Origin: Podarcis pityusensis
Lineage: Eukaryota
Direction: 5' to 3' (one strand)
Assembly: GCA_964106645.2 (NCBI GenBank)
Contig: OZ067038.1
DNA: 64,000 nt
Shown: positions 25,795 to 37,948 of the stretch, piece after piece
How the letters are laid out: the number at the start of each line of letters is the position of its first letter
Position numbering within the stretch: position 1 is the stretch's first letter
Position numbers and translations under genes: made by a program
Notes under the pieces: generated by a model
Database searches by the model: none
What the model saw: only the letters and a program-made list of their open reading frames with translations
Told to the model about the DNA's origin: nothing

Positions 25795-26032
25795 ACGGTG
25801 TGGTGTAGTGGTTAAGAGCGGTAGACTCGTAATCTGGGGAACCGGGTTCGCGTCTCCGCTCCTCCACATGCAGCTGCTGGGTGACCTTGGGCTAGTCACA
25901 CTTCTTTGAAGTGTCTCAGCCCCACTCACCTCACAGAGTGTTTGTTGTGGGGGAGGAAGGGAAAGGATATTGTTAGCCGCTTTGAGACTCCTTCGGGTAG
26001 TGATAAAGCGGGATATCAAATCCAAACTCTTC
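25795..26032 (+). mobile_element. tRNA-derived SINE (Squam3-like)
   Basis: A box TGGTGTAGTGG, B box GGTTCGCGTCT, CORE-like GGGTGACCTTGGGCTAGTCAC, L2-type tail CGCTTTGAG..AAAGCGGGATATCAAAT; flanked by AACAACAAC. Confidence 0.85.
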
Positions 26033-27279
26033 AACAACAACAACAATAAAAATAATAAAAGCACTGTTTTCAAAGTGGCCAGCTAGATGCCTATGAGAAG
26101 CCTGCAAGAAGGAACAAAGTGCATCAGCTTGTGATTCCCAGCTCTTCCTGCTTGTGATTCCCAGCAACTGGCATTCAGAAGCTGTACTGCCTCCAACAAG
26201 AACCAACCTGGGCTGAAGCCTGTTTAGGCAGCGAAGGAAGTGGACAGATTCAGAGAGAAATCAACATCCAAAAATGGCTAAGTGCCATAGCTGGCATGGA
26301 GACCACTCTCTACATACTCATTTCCTCATGTTTCCAATCTTAAGTTTAGTTTTACCACATTTTCACATCAGTTTGCATCCCCCCCCCCCAAAAAAAAGTG
26401 CTCAAGGAAATTTGTCAAGATTTTAGTGTGCATTTCTCCTAACATACACCTGTTTGTATACATTGTTGTTTAATAGGCACAATATTGCCCAATAGGCATG
26501 ATTTTGAATTTTTCATTAACGTGTTCATTCTTATGCCCATTTCCCCCTAGTTTACTTTTTTGGGGGTGTAGATTCTTTTCCTGGAGAAATGCATCATGAA
26601 ATTTGGAACGGTGTGCATTTGAAAGGATAACTGCTTCAGTTCACATATTGTTCTGGGAAGTAAGAATTAGGTAGATTCATATTAAAATGCAAATAGAAGT
26701 GAATTTCCCCACTCCCTATTCCTGCGAAACTGAGGAGCAGACACAAACTTGCATTTCTGAGGGGACCCAATCCATCTTTGTTCTCTGCAACCGAGTTAAA
26801 AGGACTGACCACCTGCATAACCCCAGAGGGTTATATATGATCTCCATAGGAGAGTGCTTTTATTAGCTGATTGCTTCTGAAAGTGTCATGTGGATGTGCT
26901 TAAGTAAACCAATTAATTAATGAACTCTTGACCTTGTGTTGTGCAGCTTTGTCTCTGTTCAATTAGAATCTAAGCAAACTAGTGATTACTGTAATTGACC
27001 TCAGCTACAGAAAGGAGAGCGTTTTCTGATGCCCGTTAAAAGAAATAAATAGGGGTATAATCTAGCCAAAGACAAATGCTGTCCTACTGATTTCAATGGG
27101 ATAATTAAGCAGTACATGCTTCAGTTTTACCTACTAGTGCCTGCAGTGGAGGGTACATTTTGCATTTTTTAAAAAAATAACTTTTTCTTTTGAAGGAGCC
27201 TTGGTTTTCTGCTTCAGATTTCACCCACTGCCCCTTCCCTCGAGGCTGAACTGGAAAGCCGCCTTCTTATTTGGCAATC

Positions 27280-27425
27280 ACTCATAGTAACAGTGAGTCC
27301 GTAAGTGACTGTGGAGACCAATTCTGGAGCCACACGTCCTTCCACATGGGGACATAGGTTTCTGGTTGATCACGGTTAGGGTTTGCCAAACATGCCTTCC
27401 TCTTAGCATGTTTCTCCCTTTTTTC
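27280..27425 (-). mobile_element. RTE-clade LINE 3' fragment
   Basis: Minus-strand translation REKHAKRKACLANP and PCGRTCGSRIGLHSHLRTHC (C-terminal C2H2-like finger). Confidence 0.75.
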
Positions 27426-27593
27426 CTGCCACCATAAATGGTAAAAGACCCTCCTCTGCAGCAAGCACACAATGGATTCTAGTATGGTGTTCCATGGGCC
27501 AGGCTATGTGGCTAGCCTTCCTGTCTCCAGAGATGCTCATGGTGCAGCCCTAAACATTTTTACTCAGAAGGAAGCTTAATGCTATGCAAGGGG

Positions 27594-28051
27594 CATGGGC
27601 ATGGGGGGGGGCAGGGGGGACACCTGCCCCCCCTAAATCAATAAAAATCAATACAAGTCTGTCATGGAGAGAGTCGCTTTCCTGAGTCCACCCTCCAAGC
27701 TGCTAATCAATCACATGCAAGCACCAAACGGGTTACCAGGCTTTATTGGTTTCTTCTCTGGCACCAGCTACAGAACATCAAACAGTGTGTCTAAAACACG
27801 GCATGGTTTCTCTCTTCCCCCCACTGGTTAACTCGTAGATTTATAGGGGTTGGGGGGTGCTGGCAACTAGCCAGCCCCATCACATGCTCCCACTTTGGGA
27901 GACTAAATGTTACCACCTTCCTGAGGGGTCCCACCCAGCAGTACTTGCTCGAAGGATCACTACTTTGCGACAAAGTCAATACAAATCTGAGGTTCTGCCC
28001 TTCCTACCAAATGTCTGCCCCCCCCCCCGAAAAATCCTGGCTATGCCCATG
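27594..28051. mobile_element. hAT MITE hosting a solo LTR
   Basis: TIR CATGGGCAT / ATGCCCATG; TSD GCAAGGGG vs GCAAAGGG (7/8). Confidence 0.8.
27660..27972 (-). mobile_element. Solo LTR (313 bp)
   Basis: TGTC...GACA termini, perfect 5-bp TSD AAGTC (27655-27659, 27973-27977), minus-strand TATAAA (~27840-27845) upstream of AATAAA (~27743-27748). Confidence 0.9.
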
Positions 28052-28109
28052 GCAAAGGGCCTTTAATCCCATGGAAGTATGTTGCCTTGGCAACAGCCTG
28101 ACAATGGCT

Positions 28110-28481
28110 ATGCTTTTGAATTATGGTGCTGGAGGAGACTCTTGAGAGTCCCATGGACTGCAAGAAGATCAAACCTATCCATTCTGAAGGAAATCAGCCC
28201 TGGGTGCTCACTGGAAGGACAGATTCTGAAGCTGAGGCTCCAATACTTTGGCCACCTCATGAGAAGAGAAGACTCCCTGGAAAAGACCCTGATGCTGGGA
28301 AAGACTGAGGGCACAAGGAGAAGGGGACGACAGAGGACGAGATGGTTGGACAGTGTTCTCGAAGCTACAAACATGAGCTTGACCAAACTGCGGGAGGCAG
28401 TGGAATACAGGAGTGCCTGGCGTGCTCTGGTCCATGGGGTCATGAAGAGTCGGACACGACTAAACGACTAAACAACAACAA
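28110..28481 (+). mobile_element. BovB (RTE) LINE 3' fragment
   Basis: Translation AFELWCWRRLLRVPWTARRSN.SILKEISP.CSLEG.ILKL.LQYFGHLMRR.DSLEKTLMLGK.EG.RRRGRQR.RWLD..WRALVHGV.KSRTRL; (AAC)n tail; probable TSD AATGGCTA/AATGCCTA. Confidence 0.95.
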
Positions 28482-29436
28482 ATGCCTAGGCCCCAGGAGC
28501 CTGACACTAGTCCTTGGATACCATATGCTAGGTTCTGCACCTTAAATTGGCTTCAGAAATTATTCTGGACATGCAGTGCCTCAGTTGGGAGTGTCTCTCA
28601 GTTCACCTCAGCTTCCCTTTCCCTTCCTTTATTGATGCCTTTGTCAGCATACATTATGCATATCATAAACCTGTTGGCAAATAAAGAAATAATTCCGACC
28701 AACAGTTCCGGAGCTCATCAAAACATCCTTTCTTGTGTGCTTCAGCAGTCTTTGCTTCAGAGTGTTGTAAATGAATAAAAAGCCTTCTTAAACACTGTTC
28801 TTCATAGGTGACTGATTATCCAATGCTCCAAAGGCAAAAAGAGTAATTAAACTTTAAACTCTATAAATGGTGCATTCCATGGGGATAGAATGCATGTTTC
28901 TTAAAAGAAAGAAAGAAAAAACTAACATAACATGGAAGGGAGAAAACCTTAGTAATTTGCATTTAGTGTACGTCTAGTTAGTTTCAATTTCGAACTTTTG
29001 TCTGAAGTGTGTGCTTGGGAAACACATGCTGCAGTCCCTAGGTTATTGCAGTGGATTTACAGTTGTGGAGAGTTAATTGACTATTGATGACAGGGTAGCT
29101 CATTACTGGCAGGCAATGTAAAATGCTTCACTGGACCAATAAATATTAGCCTTCAACAAAAGGTTATTCGTTCCACTGTTTATTGCCACAGAGTGCAAAT
29201 TCCTGTGGTGTAGGAAGAGGAGGCAGAATGTACTCCCTTTGGCCTGGCTCACTTGGTGAAAATGCTAGCTTTGCAGGAGAACTGAATTATGCTTAAATCA
29301 GGGGTGGAAAACCTTTAGCCCTAGAGTTGTTGCTGGACTACAACTCCCAAAATATGACCATCAGGGAAGTTTTTAATGGTTGGTGTTTTATTGTGTTCCT
29401 AATATTTTTTGGGGAGCAGCCTTGAGTGGCTGGGGC

Positions 29437-29710
29437 CAGGGGCGTAGGAAAGGGGAGCGGGGGGCAGATCACCCCAGGTGCCATCATGGAGGGGGGTGAC
29501 AAATCAAGGAACAATTACTGCCCTACTAGGGTGGTTCATAAAAAACCTTTTTTTAAAAAAAATGCCTGCTCCAAAGGTCTTATCTTACTACACTAGGGAT
29601 TATATAGCTACATATGAAATTTCATGCATATCAGTTAATATCTTGACCCTCCTCCACGAAAATAGCTGTTTACTTGGCCGTTTTCCTATTTCGTGAAGGC
29701 TGAAATTTCA
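29437..29710. mobile_element. Truncated hAT-like element (one end only)
   Basis: CAGGGGCGTAGGAAAGGGG start and GGGGGGTGACA subterminal motif; no matching second end. Confidence 0.5.
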
Positions 29711-31092
29711 ACAAAGCACATGCCTTTGCTAGACTCTTTTCGGGCACCTGCTAAAAGCATTCTTCTTTAGGCAAGCATACCTAGATGCTTAGGAAGTTGA
29801 AGTAATTTTAATCTTAATATTTTAGCTTTTGTATGTTTTAAAGTAGGATTGTTAATTTTTCTTGATTTTACTGCTGTGGTTTTTTTGTTTTTTGTTTTGG
29901 TAAACCACTTTGCAGGTTTTTAAAAATAAATCTTATTAAATAAATAAACAATAAATATAAATAAAATAACACAAACCAAACACAATCCATCCTGTAGATT
30001 TAAGTATCTGTCCATAGTTGCCTACTTGTTATCAGAGGCTCAGAATCCATATTCCTTTGTAAGAAAATAGGAAATAACGTAAAACCATTTTTGCAGGCAA
30101 AAAATATATATAAATAAATAAATGTGTGTTGGGGGGGTGACAAGAAATTTTCCGCACTGGGTACCACCTGACCTTCCTATGCCTCTGGCTGGGACAACCC
30201 AGTCGGATGAGTGGTATATAAATCATCATCATCATCATCATCATCATCTGGGGGTCCACAACACCTGGAGGGCTACAGATTTCTCACCCCTGTCTTTAAA
30301 TCAAGGCAGATATATGAATGCGTCTCTACATGAGGTGTGCACAAGTTGCTATTTGTGACCTACCAAGCAGCCAACTGGCCAGGTGACTACCTACCAGGTT
30401 ATTGCCAGCACTTCTGCTTTCTCAGTCAAAGGCAGGCAACAAAACTAAGACTTATTCAATACACTCTTTCTTGGGAATAAGCTCCAGTGGACTCACTGAA
30501 ATAACTTTTGAGCAGATATACATAAGATTGCACTGTAAGAGGTATAGTGAGCCTCTGCTGGGCCACACTATATAGCTGATGGGCTACTTCTGGCATGGGG
30601 TGGTGGTGGTCAGAGGTGGCGCAGGCCTGTTCTAAGCCAACAAGGAAAGAGTCCACCCAACTTCAGTTCAGATTGTATTTAGGACATTTTCAAGCAATTG
30701 TTTTCAAGCAAAGGTGTCATGATTTCTTAACGTGGTGGTGGTCAGACCCTCTTTTTGAGTAACTTGAGCTAAGGTCTGCCCATCCAGTACTGGATTAATG
30801 AGCCTATACTCTTCACGTCTGCTTCCCTTTCTTTGGAATTTTTGGCTTTCCCCCAGGGAAAGAACTTGGCATAATTTTATGCAACAGTAGTATGCATAAA
30901 TAAATCAAGGGGTATTTCTGAGGTTGTGGGCTGGGCTGGGCTGTGACTGTCAATATCGAACAGGTGAAGAAACTATTAGAGGTTACCATTCACACACATT
31001 TGCTGTGCAAATACTGGTGGTTTTAGACTTTTAAACTGTTTTAGCAGAGTTTATCTTCTTTCTCTCACAGAAGTGGTGAACAATGACGAAGT

Positions 31093-31458
31093 TGTTCTAA
31101 AGATGACTCACAAACTCTGTGAAGTCTCGGTCAAGAGATTTTATTCCCAGACCAGGTACAAGCATGACGGTAGCAAAGGTATTTTCCAGCTGTTACCATA
31201 AACAGCAATTAACAGCATACTTTTAAACAAAAGTCTTTCTTATCTCTCAACACATAGTAAATTACAGCAACAGTCCTTCAGCAGAATTTACAGGCAAGAC
31301 TCTTTGGACAGACATTTGCTATCAGGCGTCTGCAAAAATGAAGCCGAGTGGTCTTCTTTTTTATTGACATTTCCAGGTGATGCTAATTAATCTCAGAGGA
31401 AAGCTCTAGAACCTTTCAGAAACTTTCTACTTGTTTCTGGCAGAATGATTCCTTAACA
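31093..31458 (-). mobile_element. Probable solo LTR (366 bp)
   Basis: TGTT...AACA termini; minus-strand AATAAA ~50 bp before the 3' CA; TSD not recognisable. Confidence 0.55.
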
Positions 31459-32851
31459 GGAACCTCCTGGCCAGGGTGATAGTATGTGACATTGCTGCAT
31501 TTTAGGGTCTACCTACTAGAGTGTGTAAGGGGTGGAGAGGCAGCTGTCTTTCCTTGCTCTATGCTACTGTGCCCACAGGGGTTTGTACCATTTCTGGGCG
31601 TGCAATAAAGGTCTTCCTCTCCTCCACTGAGAGAGTGGTGGAATACATCCTTTGTTCTGGGGAGAACATGTGGTGGGACATGACTGCATGATGGGGAGCT
31701 TGGAGGACAGGTGGGGCCATGCTCATTTGTTTATGGTGTTGCCCACGAACATCTGAGTTGTGCTTGTGTGTTGGTGATTGGCCAGGCATGTGTTGGGTAG
31801 GGTGCATATGTCTGCTGGGTAGTGTGCCCAGATTGGCAAAAACGGAGTTGTCATGGATGCCACAGATGTCTCCGGCTTTCACTGAGTTTTCCCCCTCCCG
31901 GCTGCAGCTGAGCTGCTTGCATACAGCGTTCTTGTTTTGCCAGATTGCCAATAGCCACACCAGTTGATGGGTTTCATTATTTTGGATTGCTGTGCAAGTG
32001 GCTCTCCAAAAGAGCAGTAGTCATGTGGTATACTGCCATAGATGTGTGTGTTCTAGAAAGCGAGACTGTCAATTTGAGAGCAGTAAATGTCTATACAGGA
32101 AGGCTAGAAGAGAAAGACAATGGAGTTGCACACTACGGGAAGATGGCTATGTGGTTGGTTAAATAAAGTTATATTCAAGTAGCTAATGGTGTCTGAGCAG
32201 TTGCATAGCAGGGAATTAAATCGTGAATTCTGAAAAATACAATGTCATATTCATATGCAAAACCCTCAACCAAAACAGATAATTCCTACAAGTAGAGAAA
32301 AAAATATGTCACATCTTCTCCTTTTTAAATCTTGGTGTGTGTGTGTGTCCGTCCAAAGAAGAGGTTCCAGAATGCTCACATTTTCAGCTGTGATCCATCA
32401 ATGTCATACCGAGAGAAAGGGCAAAAACCCTGTAGTGAGACTGACAAGCACTAAAGCTTCCTACCCTTCTTCCATTATTTCTTCTACATGCTATAGATAA
32501 GTAGCTTGTCCAGACTCATGCCATGCCTGCCAAAGTCAATTTCCCAAACACACCCCTGCTTCTCACTCATAATCTTGTGATTTAAAAATGGTAAGGTCAT
32601 AATACATTTGGAGCAGCATCTGTCTTCCAGTTTTCTGACCTGAGCACCATTCCACCAGATCCAATGGCCATTTCTCCTCCCTGCCTCTTGGAGTTCTCTG
32701 TCTTGTGTCAAAGGAGTCATTTGGACATTACTTAAAAGTACAGGAGAGAACTCCAAGAGAGAGAGATATAACATCTTATAGGCCTCATTGTTGGTGTGTC
32801 TCTGAAATTTGTATTATTATCTCTAGTATGCATATGTAGTAGTAGTAGTAG

Positions 32852-33290
32852 TAACAACAACAACAACAACAACAACAACAATAATAATTTATACCCCACC
32901 CATCTGGCTGGGTTTCCCCAGCCGCTCTGGGCGGCTCCCAATAGAATAATAATAATAATAATAATAATAATAAAGCGCAAAGCATCAAACATTAAAAACT
33001 TCCCTAAACAGGGCTGCCTTCAGATGTCTTCTAAAAGTCAGGTAGTTGTTTATTTCCTTGAAATCTGATGGGAGGGTGTTCCACATGGCAGTTGCCACTA
33101 CCGAGAAGGCCCTCTGCCTGGTTCCCTGTAACTTGGATTCTCGCAGTGAGGAAACTGCCAGAAGGCCCTTGGCACTGGACCTCAGTGTCTGGGCAGAATG
33201 ATGGGGGTGGAGCCACTCCTTCAGGTACACTGGGCCAAGGCCACTTAGGGCTTTAAAGGTCAGCACCAACCAATTGTGCTTGGAAATGTA
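32852..33290 (-). mobile_element. L2 LINE 3' fragment with microsatellite tail
   Basis: Translation VLTFKALSGLGPVYLKE..RAFSVVATAMWNTLP..FRRHLKAALF (L2 ORF2 C-terminus); terminal stem-loop and (AAC)n/(AAT)n repeats. Confidence 0.88.
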
Positions 33291-33329
33291 TGTGTGTATG
33301 AAGCTTGGGGCCTGTTTGCCTGCCAGATC

Positions 33330-33690
33330 ACTTTACTCCATATATGGCCACGCAACTCCTTTGATCTGAGGAACTGGCACCGTTACAGGTGCCATACAAT
33401 ATTCATTCCACATTTGTGAGAAATCAATATTTTATTGTGGCAGCACTCAAGCTTTGGAACTCCCTGCCTATTAACAACAGGCATGTGCCTTCACTGTACT
33501 CTATTTGGTGCTTGCTAAAAACATATTTGTTTAGTTAAGCCTATCCAGATATGTAGAATGTTGTCATATGTATTAATCTGTTTTTCAGCTTTATTGTTGA
33601 TCTTAATTATTTTTGAATGCTTTAAATAGTTGTTTCTGACTTCTTTACTGATAGTTTTATTGTTTTATTCTTTTTGTAAAATGCTTTGAA
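33330..33690 (+). mobile_element. L2-like LINE 3' fragment (second family)
   Basis: CTTTGGAACTCCCTGCC..CCTTCACTGTACTC..CTAAAAACAT..; related copies at ~10400-11150, ~29717-29920 and reverse at ~42680-42935. Confidence 0.6.
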
Positions 33691-36112
33691 GTTGTACCAT
33701 AACGAGTACACAGACACACGTGCTGTTTTATTCCTCCATATTGTGGGAAAGCTACTAACCTGAACTTCCTGGATGGTCTTCCAGCATCTGTAGGAAATAA
33801 AAGCGTATGAATTCCTCCTCCCTCCGTTGTCTTATATTTGATCCAGCCCATTAGATCTCATCATAGGTGGCACATTCATTAGCATTTGGGGAAAAAATCT
33901 GTTGTTATGCGGTGTTTGGCTTAAATAGCTGAACAGCAACCTTTGTTAACTGACAGTTGATAAATTGCCCAAGGAAATAACAGCGGCCAAGAATATATTT
34001 TAAAAAATGACACAGGGGTGAGGCACTGTAATGACTGGATGTCAGAGCCCGGCTCTTTGCAATCATGTCTGTTTATTAATCCACAAAGAGGTGGAAATCA
34101 CCGCAAATCAAATGCGAACAAAGGCATGATGAATTAATCAATAAAGCCATGGACAAACCACACCAGCACTCCCCTGCCTTAATTTAAAAAGCAAAACAAG
34201 ATTGCCTCTATTTGCTCGTCTCTTTCAACACATATTGCTGCATATTGCTGGTTAAGCAACAAATGAAAGCTCAGTCGAGTCATTTAAATCCCTGTGAGAC
34301 ACATGCTGTTTCCCATAAAGGGTTTGAACAATAATCCTAAATTACAGTGTTGAGTTTATAGATTATGTAGACTGCTGCATTATTATTATTTTTACTTTTC
34401 TAAGCCAATGTAGACAGCATTTTGGTATGGAGAATGCTAAATCACACATAAGACAGACATGCTATGGCCTCATCCACACTTCTGCTTGTCCCATGCCTAG
34501 AAAGCATGGGTCAGAGAGGTTTTCTACTTTTCCTACTCTTTGTAGACATGAATCCTACTGGTTTTGCCTTTGCCCCAGAAAACCCACTCTTTGGTGCTAC
34601 ATTGGAACAAACCGTAATCTGTGGAAAACTCAATTGTCCTTTGTTCCGATTCAGCACTAAAGATCAGGTTTCCCCAGGGAAAAGTGGTGGAGCAAATGCA
34701 AGTGTGGAAAAGCCCTCTGTTACACTTTTATTTTAACTGTATCTGAGCAAAAAAACTCCCCTGGCTGCTGTTGCTCCACAGGATCTGCCATCTGAGATGC
34801 TCACTCTGCCTACTGGTAGGGCACAGAGGCCCTCCACTATGATGTGATGCATTGCATTTCTATTTTAATATATTTTTTATGAATTTGCATCTCTCCATAT
34901 AAATTAACATTTGAAAATTTAATGCAAATCTGTATCCTCTTTTTTTTGGGGGGGGGGTGTGTGTGATGTGTCTGTGGCTACATTCCATTCCACAACATTC
35001 CATCACTGGAGACAAAAATGCTCACGCAGTAACCATTTAAATGGATAATTTGCAACAATTTCTTAGACTGGTGTTGGATTTTCCACACCTGTACAGTGAT
35101 ATTGGAAAAATCTCCAAGATATATAGAGAGAGATTTAGCTGTTAACACCTTTGTTTTCTTATAAATGCCCGCTCCTGCCCATAAGATAATTTTGATAGTA
35201 GGAGTGGTGATCAGGGACCAATCGGCTGTATCCAACACTGCACACAGAGTTTCGCTTGTAGAACTGGACTTCCTTCTCTGTGCACTCCCCAAATCTGCTC
35301 TGGAGGTTTTCCCAGCTCTATGGAGCGTGTGTGGAGCACTGCAGAGGGGAGAAGAGGGAAGTTCCATTGGGTAAGCAAACATCTGTTGTGGGAGCAGAGC
35401 AACAGTGTTGGATGCAACCCAGTGTTGTCTTTTTTTTAGTCAGAGTCTGTTCACAGGAACAGAAAAATGCATGATCATCAGATCATTTGAACTGGGACTA
35501 GCTCATTTGTAGGCATTGCTTCCATGCTCTGAGTGCTTGTAGGATTTCCCACCTCAGGTGTAAAACAACAACAACAACTTGGCTGGCTTTGGGTACTGTA
35601 ACACCTAAAAGGGGTGCGGAGTTTTGTTCAACTCCTGTTACCTTTGATTCTTCATTGCTAAGTGGAGTTTTTACAAGGTGTCCATTTTGCAAAAGGGTCT
35701 TCCTCAACTGCTTGCAACAGGAAATATGGCAACAATTTGAAGCCCATGAGGTCACGAGGAAGCTGCCTAATGACTACTAACACCAGTCTAGCAACAACTC
35801 TGAAGTGTAGATGAGTTCCCATGAGGCAAGACACAGTGATAACATCAATAACCTTTATTGAATGAACAGAACTGGACATCGGGCAAAGCAACTGCTTATA
35901 TGCATTTCTGAAGGCCTGGGCCTCTCCCACTCTCAACGTGATTGGCTGTCTAAACTCCCAAGCTGCGAATCATAACTCAGAGTTTAAGGGTCAGTGGCAG
36001 ATGCCCAAATCCTGAAATGTTCTGTGGTTGGATATCATGTATCGAATCAGAACACAGGGGCTCAGAATCCTTAGTCCAGACTCAAGCTCAGGCAAACACA
36101 GATCACTGAATA

Positions 36113-36353
36113 CAGTGGTACCTCGGTTTAAGAACAGTCCTGCTTACGAACGATTCAGTTTATGAACTCCGCAAAACTGGAAGTAGTGTCCTGGTTAGCG
36201 AACTTTACCTCAGTCTAAGAATGGAATCCGAATGGTGGAAGGGCACCAGTGGCGGGAGGCCTCATTAGGGAAAGCGCACCTCAGTTTAAGAATGGTTTTG
36301 GTTTAAGAATGGACTTCCTGAATGGATTAAGTTCATAAACCGAGGTACCACTG
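36113..36353. mobile_element. Tc1/mariner-pogo (Tigger-like) MITE
   Basis: Perfect TIR CAGTGGTACCTCGGTTTA / TAAACCGAGGTACCACTG with TA TSD. Confidence 0.92.
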
Positions 36354-36369
36354 TACATAACAAACTCTT

Positions 36370-36500
36370 AGCTCAGTGTTGTTTACACTGTCTGGCAGCA
36401 GCTTTCTGGGTTTTCAGGCAGGAGCCTTCCCCAGCTTTACCTGCAGACACCAAGGATTGGACCTGGAACCTTCTTCATGCAAGACAGATGCTGTACTAAT
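36370..36500 (-). mobile_element. Old tRNA-derived SINE fragment
   Basis: Minus strand reads AGCATCTGTCTTGCATGAAGAAGGTTCCAGGTCCAATCC (tRNA-Ala-like head) followed by CTGCTGCCAGACAGTGTAAACAACACTGAGCT body. Confidence 0.55.
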
Positions 36501-37847
36501 GGTCTTTCCCCAAACATTGGAGTGATGCAGAAGGCCATCTTGGTGTGTCTTTGGTCATTAAAACCACAGATGCTATGAGTGTTTGCACAATTCAAACCTT
36601 CATGCAAATCTTCTGCAAATGGTTGCGTGAACTGGAGCTGATCTAGCACAGGACAGAAATATTTTTCTGTGATCCAGGCACCAATAAGCAGAAGAACCAC
36701 TTCCCATTATGCCTTTGCCCTAAAGGTCCATAGATTTCAATAGAATTTGTGTAGAGGGGAATGAGAGCTCCACCCTCAGGATTGCAAGCTTCCATATTTA
36801 AATTTTATGGCTTTTCCTTTTTTTGAACTTGAGGAAAGGGTTCATGAGACGAAAATCACCATGCAAGCCCCAGGGGAGGGATTGATATCTCTCTAGTTTT
36901 AACATCCTGTGATTACCCCTGCTGCTTAAGTTATTGTTTATAACAACTGTTTCAAATACATTGGGGCTTCAATTAAGGAGGTACTTACTTCAAGTGACTT
37001 CAAAGTATTTGCATTGGTAATGAACGATGCCTGGGATCCAAATGAAGGAAGCCTGCTTTCTCTTTCTGTCTGGAGGGTGGGGGAAATTCTGAAACCCCCA
37101 AATGCCTGCAATTACTGCCAGCAACATTATTTGGTGAAGTTGCTGAAATGAATCCCATTATTTGTTTCTGCATATGTGTAAAAATCATTATGCTCATTTT
37201 AAGGAACCACTAATTCTGTCATCCTGAAAGAAAACTCGAAAATGAAAATGTGTCAGGTTGTAGCCAACTAAAGCCACATCTGCCCTATGGGGCGGTAGTT
37301 GATGCTAGTCCTACTCAGAGTAGCCCTACTGATGTAAATGGATCATATGCTTCATTTAGGTTCTTGGGATTCAACTAATGAGTCCTTCACTGTTCAAGGA
37401 CTTCTGCTTGTGCAACAGGTTTCCTTTATCTCCTTATCCTTCCCCCCAAAATTAGCTTGGTGGGAGTTGTGAAAATCCCCGGAAGAGCACACAAGGGGGT
37501 GGAGAGAGGGGTGTCATTCTTTCTGAAGCATTCATTGCATTGATGGAATGACCAGAAGAGCAAGATGTTGAATTCCTCCCATTCATTTTAATGGGTATAC
37601 TCTGAGTAGGACTTGACTGAATACAACCCTATACAGTGTCATGCCACATTAAACAGTTATGACTCCCCCCATAGCATCACGGGAAGTGTAGTGCATTAAG
37701 GGTGCCAAGAGTTATTAGGCAATCTCATTCCCCTCACAGAGCTACAATTCTCGGAGTTCCTTAGGAAGAGGGATTGACTGCTAAGCCACTTTGGGAGTTG
37801 TAGCTCTCTGGGGGGGGGGGGGGAATAGGGATTTCCTAACAACCCTT

Positions 37848-37948
37848 TTGACCAAACTGCGGGAGGCAGTGGAAGACAGGAGTGCCTGGCGTGCTCTGGT
37901 CCATGGGGTCATGAAGAGTCGGACACAACTAAACGACTAAACAACAAC
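37848..37948 (+). mobile_element. BovB extreme 3' fragment inserted in a palindromic MITE
   Basis: Near-identical to 28379-28481; 10-bp TSD AACAACCCTT (37838-37847, 37949-37958). Confidence 0.92.

Noticed and set aside
32732-33068. Poly-I/L/C/N ORFs (also poly-Y at 4435-4650 and poly-H at 30122-30358)
   Set aside because: Translations of trinucleotide microsatellites in LINE tails
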